This document shows positions 28,744 to 38,070 of a DNA stretch of 64,000 nt, one piece after another. Origin of the DNA: a virus (Duplodnaviria; Caudoviricetes); the IMG/VR virus record IMGVR_UViG_3300042862_000163, positions 50,521 through 114,520 of that record; one strand, given 5' to 3'. Under the pieces are notes generated by a model. That model did no database searches. It was not told where the DNA came from and worked only from the letters and a program-made list of their open reading frames with translations. A program made the position numbers and the translations under genes. Positions within the stretch are counted from its first letter, which is position 1, and every line of letters begins with the position of its first letter.

Positions 28744-29507
28744 TTTGGTAGTATTAGTCCGTTATTAAAATATGTTGGTAGTATTGTCCAATCTTTACAA
28801 TATATTTCTTGCCATTTACTTGGACCTTTTGGACCAAACCATGTTTCTGGTGCAATAACTATTTTTTCAGTATTTCTAGATAAATAAGCTGCCCACCAAC
28901 TAAATGATGAATTAGATATAATAAAATGATGACACATAGACATAATCCATAATTGTTCATGTATTTCCCAATCTTCTAGATATATCACATTAGGTAAGTT
29001 TATGTGTTCTTTACACCATGGAATATCATCACTAGCAATAATATATTGTTTTGAAGGAACTAGTGATATTGCCTTCATTATATAATCTAATGATATTACA
29101 GGATGATAGTCTGAATATATTAGATAATCTCCTCTTCGAACATTGATTACTGTCACCTCTGTGTTAAAGATGACAGGAATCTCTGTATGTATTCTATTTA
29201 TGAATTCTTTAGTAGGAGAGAATAAAGATTTAATTGCCTCACTGTATTTGTTAAAATAGGTTTCATCTTGAAAGTATCCTGTATACACAGTAACTTTATT
29301 ACTAATAATATCATTTGGATGATCTATGAAAAAATCTAGTTTTCTAAATATATTATTTATAAAATCATTAGTATGTCCTACTTGATTTGCAGGAATTACA
29401 AGTTGTCTATTTTCATCCATAGCTCTTGCATATGCATTAGCAATCATAAACAAATTGTTACCAAGTCTTCCTCCTAAAGAAGGCATTATAAAATCTTCAT
29501 TTAACAT
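28740..29507 (-). CDS. GT11 alpha-1,2-fucosyltransferase-like
   Basis: GGRLGNNLF, GYFQ, VRRGDY, SDD..WC, ISNSSFSWWAAYL. Confidence 0.9.
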   Translation of the reverse strand: MLNEDFIMPSLGGRLGNNLFMIANAYARAMDENRQLVIPANQVGHTNDFINNIFRKLDFFIDHPNDIISNKVTVYTGYFQDETYFNKYSEAIKSLFSPTKEFINRIHTEIPVIFNTEVTVINVRRGDYLIYSDYHPVISLDYIMKAISLVPSKQYIIASDDIPWCKEHINLPNVIYLEDWEIHEQLWIMSMCHHFIISNSSFSWWAAYLSRNTEKIVIAPETWFGPKGPSKWQEIYCKDWTILPTYFNNGLILPK

Positions 29508-29508
29508 T

Positions 29509-30237
29509 CTACCACACCATTATAACATTGTTAAAACACTCCTTGCTACCATTAAACTTTAATAATGGTTTATATTTATTATCTTTATTCATATTTTTTA
29601 ATTTTATTTCTAAATCGTATATATCATTTGAGTCTCCCTCAATGATTTTTAATATAGTATGATTGTAAGGCATTTCTGTTTTAGATTGAAATCTTCTTTT
29701 TATATCAACAAATGTTCTTCCTATCTTGTAAAAAGTTTCTTGGTCATTCCAACATTTAATTATATAAATTTTAAAACTTTCAAATCTTTTAGATTTTTTA
29801 GCAGCATCTTTCCAATTAGTCTTAGACCATCCAGTAGGATTACTAGAATGATGATCTGAACAAATTTTATCACCACATTTAGGACATCCCTGCCCCATAG
29901 AATGTGCTCCAGCAGTTTGTTCAAATAAACCATGATCTTTACATATTATTTTTACTTTATCTAATAAAGTTTTATATTTTAATAAACTATAATCATATTT
30001 ATTATTATGAACAGCTATCATTTTATTTATAAAATATAAATTTTTATCTACTGCAGTTATTATAGTAGGAATAACCCCATCTAAAAGATGGGATTTTCTA
30101 CATTTATTTATTCCATAGATATTATTAACTAAAATATATTCTGAATTACTATTTTCTATATTTTCAAAAGTAAATAGTGAATCAGGAAATTTAGTATAGA
30201 ACTTAAGTTTAAATATGTCAAAACTTTTTTCTGTCAT
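29509..30237 (-). mobile_element. Free-standing homing endonuclease (Zn-binding DUF723-like domain plus GIY-YIG/T5orf172-like domain)
   Basis: H..KYDYS..CKDHG.F.Q....H..G.GCPKC; IYIIKC..YKIGRT..E..KECF. Confidence 0.75.
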
Positions 30238-30246
30238 AATATACTT

Positions 30247-30528
30247 CTACCAGATTTGGATCACATCGAAAGGGCTTACAAGTAATACTTGCTCATCTTC
30301 TGACAAAGGGATTAATGGAGCTTTTGATAATGCTGCTGGATCTATAAGAACTACATCTCCTGGTTTAACTTCCATGTTAGCTGTTCCTACACTGTGTACA
30401 ACTAATTTAGACATTTTTTTAATCATTTCTTTCTCTAAAGCTTCTTTTGTATTATCATCTACAATAAGTTTGCTTTCTTCTTTCTTTGGTATCTCTAAAT
30501 AGATACGGTTTCCTAATAATTTTGCCAT
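30247..30528 (-). CDS. groES: GroES-like co-chaperonin
   Basis: KLLGNRIYL..V.SVG...VKPGDVV...DVI. Confidence 0.75.
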   Translation of the reverse strand: MAKLLGNRIYLEIPKKEESKLIVDDNTKEALEKEMIKKMSKLVVHSVGTANMEVKPGDVVLIDPAALSKAPLIPLSEDEQVLLVSPFDVIQIW

Positions 30529-30833
30529 TATATTGCTATGTTAGTTTGTTGATAAAATCTTGTTTTGTCTTCTGCACTCAATGTAATTTCTGATTGCACT
30601 ACTGCCATCTCTTTCTTACCTTGAATAACTCTATTAGTCTTGATATTGATAGTATCTGGTAGCGTAATCATTTCTTGATGGAAATCATTAAGAATAATCA
30701 TTAACTCTCCAGAAGGTATCTCTACGCTTCTAATTACCATGTCTACATTTAAAGAGGCCATGATTGATTTCTCTTCAGAAGCTTCATCACTTCCTACTTG
30801 TTGTTTAATTGTGTAAAAAAATTGGTTTTTCAT
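30528..30833 (-). CDS. Hypothetical protein
   Basis: Coupled ORF. Confidence 0.65.
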   Translation of the reverse strand: MKNQFFYTIKQQVGSDEASEEKSIMASLNVDMVIRSVEIPSGELMIILNDFHQEMITLPDTINIKTNRVIQGKKEMAVVQSEITLSAEDKTRFYQQTNIAI

Positions 30834-30849
30834 AATTTATATTTAATTT

Positions 30850-31506
30850 TTAATTGTACTCGAGATCTAATATTTTACCAACTAAATCACTTCTGTGATT
30901 AGCTTTAAGTTTAATCCATTCTATTCCTTCAATCTTCTTAGATAATTCAATAGCATAAGATAGACCAGTGTATGATTCTTTAATATCTTTCTGTTCATTA
31001 TCTCCATTGATAATAATCTTACCTGTTTTACCAAGTCTAGTTAAGATAGCAAGCATTTCCCCTTTTGACAGGTTTTGCGCTTCTTCCACCACCAACACAT
31101 CATCAATAGTTTTACCACGTATAAACTGAATAGGATAAGCAAGTATTTTCTTGTCCTTAACCAGGTCTTGAATTTTGAGTTTATCATAACATTTTTCTAA
31201 GTTCTCTTGAAATGCTTCCAAATAAGGATTAAATTTATCTTCAAGACTTCCTGGTAAAAACCCTAGTGACTCTCCCACCTCAACTGTGGCTCTAGTAACA
31301 TACACATGAGCGCATTGTTTCTTCATTAAGAAGTCCAAAGCTGATTGTGCACACACTAATGACTTACCACTTCCAGCTCTACCAGTAACAATTACTATTT
31401 GATTATTAATAATTAGTTCTTTAGCAAGCTTCTGCTCTTCGTTTAAAACTACAGCATACTTAATTTCTGATTTTCTAACTCGATTAGGTTCTTTCATTTT
31501 TTCCAC
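30850..31506 (-). CDS. phoH: PhoH-like ATPase
   Basis: GRAGSGKS, LGFLPG, FIRGKT, EEAQN, TRLG, GD..QKD, HRS. Confidence 0.95.
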   Translation of the reverse strand: MEKMKEPNRVRKSEIKYAVVLNEEQKLAKELIINNQIVIVTGRAGSGKSLVCAQSALDFLMKKQCAHVYVTRATVEVGESLGFLPGSLEDKFNPYLEAFQENLEKCYDKLKIQDLVKDKKILAYPIQFIRGKTIDDVLVVEEAQNLSKGEMLAILTRLGKTGKIIINGDNEQKDIKESYTGLSYAIELSKKIEGIEWIKLKANHRSDLVGKILDLEYN

Positions 31507-31596
31507 TTGTTATATTTCATTGTTGTTTTAGATCCGTAGGTGATTACATCTTTCTTGTTGTCTTTGATATGTTGTTCTATAATAGAGTTAAGTGTA

Positions 31597-31992
31597 TCAA
31601 AGTAAATCATACTTCTCATTGAGACTATTGCGTCTTTTATTAATTTCATCATATTTATACATGTCATTTTCAACATTAGAATGCTCTTCAAGTGTCAAAA
31701 GTATGATATTTTCTTCATCTAGGCAAGCTTCAGGGTATTTTTCTTTAGGTAATATGTGATGGAAGTATGTACTCATAGGTTCACTTCCTAAATATGTGTT
31801 ACTCACTTCTGATCTATGAGGCTTCTTTTTCCATATAGTAAGAAACATTTCTCTTTGTATGATATAACCATCACTAACCCCCTTTTTAGGGGTTAATGTT
31901 GGCTTTAACCTACTTTGAGCTAAAGGTTTTCTAGCTTTATGTTGGAAACAATATTCTCCATCACAATTCTTTCCACATGTTTTACACTTCAT
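31597..31992 (-). CDS. HNH-type nuclease with N-terminal Zn finger
   Basis: CKTCG..C..YCFQH; FHHILPK...ENIILLT.EEH. Confidence 0.65.
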   Translation of the reverse strand: MKCKTCGKNCDGEYCFQHKARKPLAQSRLKPTLTPKKGVSDGYIIQREMFLTIWKKKPHRSEVSNTYLGSEPMSTYFHHILPKEKYPEACLDEENIILLTLEEHSNVENDMYKYDEINKRRNSLNEKYDLL

Positions 31993-31994
31993 CT

Positions 31995-32291
31995 TTAAAT
32001 ATTAGGTGGTTTAGGTGCAAAAGGATCAGGAAAATAAGAATTAAATAGATTAACAAATCCATTATAATCTGCAGTAGATGTAGGTGCCCAATTTAAACCA
32101 GGAGGTGTGCAATCACAACTTCCTTTCCATGGAGCATTCATTTTGTGACATCTATTACATTCCCATGATAGGGAAACTTTTGGACATGTACACATCATTG
32201 GTGGCAGTGTACTATTCCATGTATAAGGAAACGTTTTAATATTTCCACACACTGTACACTTTTGTGGATAATCTATAAAATTACTTTCCAT
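31995..32291 (-). CDS. Cys-rich zinc-ribbon protein
   Basis: CxxC, CxC, WECNRC..NAPW..CDC. Confidence 0.6.
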   Translation of the reverse strand: MESNFIDYPQKCTVCGNIKTFPYTWNSTLPPMMCTCPKVSLSWECNRCHKMNAPWKGSCDCTPPGLNWAPTSTADYNGFVNLFNSYFPDPFAPKPPNI

Positions 32292-32589
32292 CTTTTACAA
32301 ATTGACCATCTACCATAACTCCTGTACGTTTTGAAATTACATTGTATGCACTCTCTAAACATTCTGTTAAGCTCACTCCTTGCATCTCTGCTTGGATAAT
32401 GATTGTTACCAATATATCTCCTAGAGCATCTATTGTTTCATCTTTGTCATCAAATGCTATAGCAGTTATAAGTTCTGTACATTCTTCCATAGTTTTACAC
32501 GCTTGTGCTATTGGTGTTCCTTTTTCAAAGATTCCTTTTTGTGTGGCCCAAGCTATAACTAGAGCTTCTAATTCATTGTAACTTTTCAT
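32281..32589 (-). CDS. MazG-like NTP pyrophosphohydrolase
   Basis: K..EE..EL...DALGDILVT...AYN.I..R.G.MVDG.FVK. Confidence 0.85.
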   Translation of the reverse strand: MKSYNELEALVIAWATQKGIFEKGTPIAQACKTMEECTELITAIAFDDKDETIDALGDILVTIIIQAEMQGVSLTECLESAYNVISKRTGVMVDGQFVKDGK

Positions 32590-32590
32590 A

Positions 32591-33028
32591 TTATATTATT
32601 TTTTGTTCTATTAATAATTGTTCTACTTTTTCCCAGTCTACAAATGGTCTAGATGATAAACTTGTGTCATATTTTAATGGACAGCCAAGAGCTGAATCAT
32701 CTATCATTAAATCAGCAAAGCTTTTAGGGCTCTCTGTCCAATTATGTTGATCTGGATCACTATTTACACCATATAATGGAATTTCATTGTCTATAAACCA
32801 CTGTATAGCATCATTTAAAAATGTTCCTTTTACATCAGGAATAATATGCTTATTGATTGTTTTAAATGTTATTCTATTACTTCTCATAGTAAATAATATG
32901 AGATGGTGCCCTGCATCAGTTAATTTTCTAAGTACTGGTACAGAACCTATACTTTTACCTATTTGTGGAAAACTATGAGTTACACAGGTTCCATCGAAAT
33001 CCACATTAATCGTAAGTTTCTCTTTCAT
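32591..33028 (-). CDS. HAD-family phosphatase
   Basis: VDFDGT, LILFTMR, K..AD..IDD. Confidence 0.8.
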   Translation of the reverse strand: MKEKLTINVDFDGTCVTHSFPQIGKSIGSVPVLRKLTDAGHHLILFTMRSNRITFKTINKHIIPDVKGTFLNDAIQWFIDNEIPLYGVNSDPDQHNWTESPKSFADLMIDDSALGCPLKYDTSLSSRPFVDWEKVEQLLIEQKII

Positions 33029-33029
33029 G

Positions 33030-33302
33030 TTATTTATAAAGATTATGTGTGTCTATATCAGTAAAAGTTTTAATTAAACTTCTAATTGCTTCACCACACG
33101 TTACTGCCATTTCTCCTCTTATCTCAATAGATAAGTTTTCTTTTTCTTGAAGTTCCCACATTTTATCTAGTAATGCACTTTGAAAAATATAAACTGAAGC
33201 TCTAAACCCTTCATCATCGAATCCAGGTTTAGCTTCATAATTTTCTAATAATGTATCTTCTATTTCAGATAATATTGGACTTAGTTTTTTTCCTAATGTC
33301 AT
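33030..33302 (-). CDS. Hypothetical protein
   Basis: ORF track. Confidence 0.6.
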   Translation of the reverse strand: MTLGKKLSPILSEIEDTLLENYEAKPGFDDEGFRASVYIFQSALLDKMWELQEKENLSIEIRGEMAVTCGEAIRSLIKTFTDIDTHNLYK

Positions 33303-33745
33303 ATAATTTTTTCTGTTATTAATATTTGTCTAACTTTTTCAATTAATTCTGGTATTCCAGCATCATTTATAATTTCATAATTAAACTCAGCATCATCAAG
33401 ACTTGTTTCACTAGGATGTTCTTTTTGATATTGTTTAGAACAACTTATTTTGTGATAACCAGTTCCTCCACATTCAGAACAAGGTCTCACCACTCTGATA
33501 GTGATACCTTTACGTCTTACAATAGCTTCTAACTCATTCTCAAATCTCATGTCTGTAATAATCCAGTTAGGATATACAGGCTCTCCATCTGTCAACTTTG
33601 TATCAAATGCTCCTATTAAATAATGTGTAGGAGTATAATCAGCAAACAAAGCAGCTGCCCAAATATTTTTAGATAAATTATCTCTTAAACATTCAGTTCC
33701 AAGAGTTTGCAAAAACTCACGTATTGTTGTATTTTCTGTTATCAT
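33299..33745 (-). CDS. Deoxynucleoside-monophosphate kinase, C-terminal fragment
   Basis: REFLQTLGTE.LR, IW, ITDMRFENE, HPSETSLD. Start refined to ATG 33745. Confidence 0.85.
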   Translation of the reverse strand: MITENTTIREFLQTLGTECLRDNLSKNIWAAALFADYTPTHYLIGAFDTKLTDGEPVYPNWIITDMRFENELEAIVRRKGITIRVVRPCSECGGTGYHKISCSKQYQKEHPSETSLDDAEFNYEIINDAGIPELIEKVRQILITEKII

Positions 33746-33749
33746 TTTT

Positions 33750-34493
33750 TTAGTTTTTAAATTTCCATTTATAACCATAGGCTGTTTTAGCTACATTACC
33801 CTGACTATTTTTTTTACCTGAACATACTCTATTAATTAAACTATTGGAGAATCCTAATTCTCTTTCTACTTTATTAGCTGACTCCCATTCTTTAATAAAA
33901 TTATTTTCTAAATCAAATTGTAAAACAGGTTTTGACAATTTTTTACCTATTTTTTCTCCTACTGATTTATCTCTTTTTTTACCAGTATTTGCTTTTTTCA
34001 TTGCTTCTATTTGTTTGTCAAAGCCAACACCACTTTTAATTAATGAGTTGTTTTTACCTTTTTGATTTTCAGATAATATTTTTTTAACATCATCTGTTCT
34101 TTTTTTACCAATTAATTTTTGTCTTCTTTTTTCAATAGTTTCTTTAGATTGTGTTTTACCTAAATTTATATCTCTTAAAAGTTGTTTAGTTTCTTCTCTT
34201 CTTACCACACCTAAAGAACTACCTGCAATTTTACAGATATTATATTGGGGTAATAATATATCAATGTAATACTGTTCTTTTTCTATTAATTCAGAAATAG
34301 AACAGTATTCTACAACAGTTAATAAAAAATCAACACTTTTTTTATTATAAGCTCTCTGCAAATGTATATTTGGATGATTACCTTTATTTAATCTTTCTAA
34401 ATGTTTTCTCCATCTATTATGTATGTCATAAGAACTACCAATATAAAAGTATTGATTTTCTGGATTTGTGATTTTATATATACCTGATTTCAT
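33750..34493 (-). mobile_element. GIY-YIG homing endonuclease with NUMOD3/NUMOD1-like DNA-binding modules
   Basis: SGIYKI...FYIGSS..R..H...E.EQ.YID...YN; KPVLQFDL..FIKEWES..AYGYKW. Confidence 0.93.
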
Positions 34494-34497
34494 ACTA

Positions 34498-34505
34498 CAA
34501 ATATA
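34498..34505 (-). promoter_or_regulatory. TAnnTTTG element 4 nt before the endonuclease ATG (possible leaderless transcript)
   Basis: Minus strand reads TATATTTG-TAGT-ATG. Confidence 0.6.
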
Positions 34506-34539
34506 TGTTATATATTGTAGAAATTCTCTAACATTTATG

Positions 34540-34800
34540 TTAAGTTTTTGTTAAAGTATTTAATAACTCTTGTGATATATAACCTTCTTCTACTAATTGC
34601 TTAAAAGTTTTTTCCTTAAACTCTTGATCTTCAAAATCCTCTACAGGGAAACCTGTTAATAGAGAAGCTATTGTTTTCAACTTTCCAGCAAATTTCTTAA
34701 CTTCAAACTCTCTTTCTCCATTAGTGATAGATAACCCTTGAATTATCTCTCCAATAGTATCTTTACCAGATCCTATTTTTCCTGATATACCGATAATCAT
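34540..34800 (-). CDS. Deoxynucleoside-monophosphate kinase, N-terminal (P-loop) fragment
   Basis: IIGISGKIGSGKDT...FAGKLK. Confidence 0.85.
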   Translation of the reverse strand: MIIGISGKIGSGKDTIGEIIQGLSITNGEREFEVKKFAGKLKTIASLLTGFPVEDFEDQEFKEKTFKQLVEEGYISQELLNTLTKT

Positions 34801-34929
34801 TCTCTTATCTGTATTATCATTCCACCTTTGAAATTGTTCATAGCTTCTTCTTTAGAATTAGCTTGCACATCTATCCACTCTTTGTCTTCTCTACCAAAAG
34901 GTAGATATATTATTGTGTATGTTTTCATA

Positions 34930-36012
34930 TTATACTTCTTCTTCGTTAAACAAACTATGATTTGCACAAGGAGAAACTATTTCTGCTTCTGCTACTTCTA
35001 TCTCTTCCTCAATAGGAAGATCTGCTTGATTGATTTTGTTAACAATCTTTTGTTTTAATTCATCGTAGAATTCTGGATTATCAACAAGAAGAGTTTTGAA
35101 CTCTTCAAGCTCATACTTAACTTCATCTATAGTCATGTACTTACCATACTTTCTACCAATCTCAAACTCATTGATAAGCTCCATCATTTCTGTCACTTTA
35201 TCAATACCTAATCCATACACTATCTCAAATTCAGATTTGCGATATGGAGGAGACATTTTATTCTTAACAGCTTTCAGTTTAGTAATATTACCATAAGCTT
35301 GATCTCCATCTTTAGCTAATGATTTAGTTATCTCAATTCTTACATCACTATAGAATTTAAGAGCATGTCCTCCTTGAGTTGTTGTAGGATTACCAAACAT
35401 AACACCAATCTTCTCTCTATATTGACTAATTACTATCACACATACATTATGTTGCGATAAAGCCCCTTTTAGCTTTGGATAAGCATTACTGTTCAATAAA
35501 GCTTTTCTACCGATTGTAGAGTCTCCTACGTCCCCATCAAGCATCTTTTTAGGGATTAATGATGAATCACTATCAATAATGACAAGATCTATCTCTCCAG
35601 TTTGGATTAACTCCATAGCAATGTTGAAACCTTCTTCTCCACAGCTTGGTTGAGCAATCAACATCTTTGTTGTATCTACACCAATTTGTTTGAAATACTT
35701 CTTATCAACAGCGTTCTCACCATCGATATATAGCACTGTACCACCTTTCTTTTGACACTCTGCTACAGCATGTGCACAAATTGTAGATTTACCAGTACCT
35801 TCCCATCCCATAAGCTCATATAGCTTACCTTTAACAAATCCTCCAACACCGAGTGTGATATGATCAAACCCAATACTTCCTGTACTGATAACATCATAAT
35901 CTCCTCCTGATTTAGAATCTAATGCTAATACTGAACCAACACCATAAGTCTTGTTTAACTTATCCATTGCATCTTGAAACTTTCCTTTTGTTTCTACTAC
36001 TTTTTTTGCCAT
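34930..36012 (-). CDS. recA: RecA recombinase
   Basis: ISTGS, GWEGTGKST, IDGE, QP.CGEE, QYREKIGVMFGNP.TT.GG.ALKFY, VKNK.SPPYR. Confidence 0.97.
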   Translation of the reverse strand: MAKKVVETKGKFQDAMDKLNKTYGVGSVLALDSKSGGDYDVISTGSIGFDHITLGVGGFVKGKLYELMGWEGTGKSTICAHAVAECQKKGGTVLYIDGENAVDKKYFKQIGVDTTKMLIAQPSCGEEGFNIAMELIQTGEIDLVIIDSDSSLIPKKMLDGDVGDSTIGRKALLNSNAYPKLKGALSQHNVCVIVISQYREKIGVMFGNPTTTQGGHALKFYSDVRIEITKSLAKDGDQAYGNITKLKAVKNKMSPPYRKSEFEIVYGLGIDKVTEMMELINEFEIGRKYGKYMTIDEVKYELEEFKTLLVDNPEFYDELKQKIVNKINQADLPIEEEIEVAEAEIVSPCANHSLFNEEEV

Positions 36013-36165
36013 TATTTAATTGTTTTATTGTTTAAAGTTAATCATTTTTTTAGTTGTTTCCTAACATAAGTATAACTAAAATGTTAGCTAATTACATAGT
36101 ATATAGCGTATTATAGATAATATTTTAGTTATTTTAGTTATTTTTTTATTATTGAAATGTCCGTT

Positions 36166-36222
36166 ATTATATGCATTTACATCTATTTTGTACAGAATAC
36201 TGTACATTATATGTATTTACAT
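36166..36222. repeat. 17-bp direct repeats flanking a perfect hairpin in a long non-coding gap
   Basis: ATTATATG(C/T)ATTTACAT at 36166 and 36206; TGTACAG-aata-CTGTACA at 36189-36206. Confidence 0.7.
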
Positions 36223-36361
36223 ATATTTGTCCTAAATAGGTATTCTTGGTGAAAAACAGGTTGATTTTAATCATTTCTGTGAATAATAGGTTTAGTCAAA
36301 AAAACCCTAAATTTCTTCAGGGCTCTTTCTTTCACAATTAAAAAACACAGTTTTGTAAAAC

Positions 36362-36547
36362 TCAATATTCCTCTTCTTCTTTTCTCAAAGAAGTATTTCC
36401 TTTTATACTTTGATCATACGGACAATGTCTGCAACTATTGCCGCAGCATGTTTTTCTTTTTGCTAAATATTCTTTAGTAAAATGAATTCTTCCATCTTCT
36501 AAATAATAATCAGCTCCTTGGTTAAAATCTTTTTGTTCATTATTCAT
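36362..36547 (-). CDS. DUF5522-like Cys-rich protein
   Basis: FT..YL.KR..CCGNSCRHCPY. Confidence 0.8.
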   Translation of the reverse strand: MNNEQKDFNQGADYYLEDGRIHFTKEYLAKRKTCCGNSCRHCPYDQSIKGNTSLRKEEEEY

Positions 36548-36548
36548 A

Positions 36549-36830
36549 TTATTTATTCATTTTAGATTCATAAATGTAATAAGTAATTGCAACTGGTATT
36601 TGATGGCGTTCATTAATTAAATGAGTATAACTTAAATCATTTAATCTTTTTTTACCACGTAATAATTCAAGTTGATCTTCTGTATATACAGCTATTCCTT
36701 TTTCTCCAGTTGTTTTATATTTTTTTAAACCTAATTTTGATACTTTGTTTCTTACAGATTTTTCATTTATCCCTAACATTATAGATAATTCAAAAATAGT
36801 ATAATATTTAAGTTCCGATATTCCTTTCAT
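36549..36830 (-). CDS. HTH DNA-binding protein
   Basis: YTIFELSIMLGINEKSVRNKV. Confidence 0.6.
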   Translation of the reverse strand: MKGISELKYYTIFELSIMLGINEKSVRNKVSKLGLKKYKTTGEKGIAVYTEDQLELLRGKKRLNDLSYTHLINERHQIPVAITYYIYESKMNK

Positions 36831-37059
36831 GTTTAGATTGTTTTATAAGTTCAGTTTCATTCTCATAAACATATTTATACTTATTGCTTATATAGTCTTC
36901 CATGATAACTGATTCTTTAGGAAGTTTTCTAAATGAATAAGCATGACTACTAGCCTTGATTGCTAATATAAAATGTTCATCATTATAACCGCAAAGAATT
37001 CCTTTATAGTCATCATGTACTATTTCCATTCCTTTAAACTGGTTGAATACTTTTTCCAT
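36808..37059 (-). CDS. Hypothetical protein
   Basis: ORF track. Confidence 0.55.
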   Translation of the reverse strand: MEKVFNQFKGMEIVHDDYKGILCGYNDEHFILAIKASSHAYSFRKLPKESVIMEDYISNKYKYVYENETELIKQSKHERNIGT

Positions 37060-37372
37060 CTTTATCTAGGTTTAAAGTTGCTAATCTATTCTCCACTTCA
37101 AATTCCACTTTGAGAATAAAATTAATCTTATCTTCGATTTCTTGATTTATAATTCTTCCTACGAATGGCATAATATCTTCAAGATTTGTATACACTCTGG
37201 CTAAACCAAATTTACATTTGATTTGTTGATATTGAAAACCAGGTATCTCTGTAAGATCATTAAAGATTTGATCAATGTAACTTAACACTGATGGAACTTC
37301 TATTTGCATACCCCAATTCCCTTCTTCTAAATAATTAACATATTTAGTATTAAACTCTTGATTCGTTCTCAT
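37034..37372 (-). CDS. Hypothetical phage protein (QIK.KFG.R.Y motif)
   Basis: ORF track. Confidence 0.6.
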   Translation of the reverse strand: MRTNQEFNTKYVNYLEEGNWGMQIEVPSVLSYIDQIFNDLTEIPGFQYQQIKCKFGLARVYTNLEDIMPFVGRIINQEIEDKINFILKVEFEVENRLATLNLDKDGKSIQPV

Positions 37373-37392
37373 ATTTTTGTTGTTTTAAAATT

Positions 37393-37423
37393 ATAGGGTA
37401 ACAAAGATAGCTCATTACCCTAT
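37393..37423 (-). promoter_or_regulatory. Promoter-like TATCTTTG in the loop of a 9-bp inverted repeat
   Basis: ATAGGGTAA-caaagatagctca-TTACCCTAT. Confidence 0.65.
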
Positions 37424-37433
37424 CAATTCCTAA

Positions 37434-37865
37434 TTAATCTTCAATAGTTAATTCGTAGTGCTCTCCATCATTACCATTTTGAGCAATTATATCTATTCTA
37501 GCATTAGACAATCCTTCTTCTAAAATATCAAATGCTGCATCTATAGCAAATAGTTCTGCTTCTTTTCTTGTCTTCCAAGATTGTGTAGTAGCTTGTTTAC
37601 CTATTTTACATGTAAATGTATTATCTGGATATAAAAAGATTTCAATAATGATATTGTTATCATCAAATACATCAAGTAACATCCTTGGATTTACATCCAT
37701 TAATGTTCCTATTTTATCATTATCTATACCTGCTTCCCTTACCATTTCTTTAAACTCTTCTGATATAGTATCTGTCTGAAGAGATTCAATCATTTTTTCT
37801 AAAAACCACTCTCGTACAAGAGTGGCAGATAATGGATATTTTTCTAATAATTCGATTCCTTTCAT
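37434..37865 (-). CDS. Hypothetical protein
   Basis: ORF track. Confidence 0.65.
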   Translation of the reverse strand: MKGIELLEKYPLSATLVREWFLEKMIESLQTDTISEEFKEMVREAGIDNDKIGTLMDVNPRMLLDVFDDNNIIIEIFLYPDNTFTCKIGKQATTQSWKTRKEAELFAIDAAFDILEEGLSNARIDIIAQNGNDGEHYELTIED

Positions 37866-37866
37866 A

Positions 37867-38070
37867 TTATTTTATATTAATTTCTTTATTTAATTCAATT
37901 CCTGCATCTCTCCACCAAATTCTTTCAAAATCAAATTCAGTTAATGGATCCTTTTCTTTGCATGCTGTATATTTAATATTATACAACATGGCTGTTATTT
38001 CACAAAACTCAGCAGCTTTGTCTATTCCGTAAACATCAATTATTTTATTTAATATATCGTGGTTATACAT
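37867..38070 (-). CDS. Hypothetical protein
   Basis: ORF track. Confidence 0.5.
   Translation of the reverse strand: MYNHDILNKIIDVYGIDKAAEFCEITAMLYNIKYTACKEKDPLTEFDFERIWWRDAGIELNKEINIK

Noticed and set aside
22048-29507. Host LPS/capsule locus or prophage boundary
   Set aside because: The GT and sulfation genes are interleaved with phage structural genes and share their composition; there is no integrase, wzx/wzy or host housekeeping context.
33746-34539. Group I intron in the dNMP kinase
   Set aside because: Only 46 and 4 nt of non-coding sequence flank the endonuclease, and no P7/P9-like core is recognisable. A ribozyme overlapping coding sequence cannot be fully excluded without a covariance search.
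36013-36361. tRNA or structured ncRNA in intergenic gaps
   Set aside because: No T-loop (GTTCRA) or D-loop cloverleaf is recognisable and the sequence is too AT-rich; tRNAscan/Infernal would be definitive.
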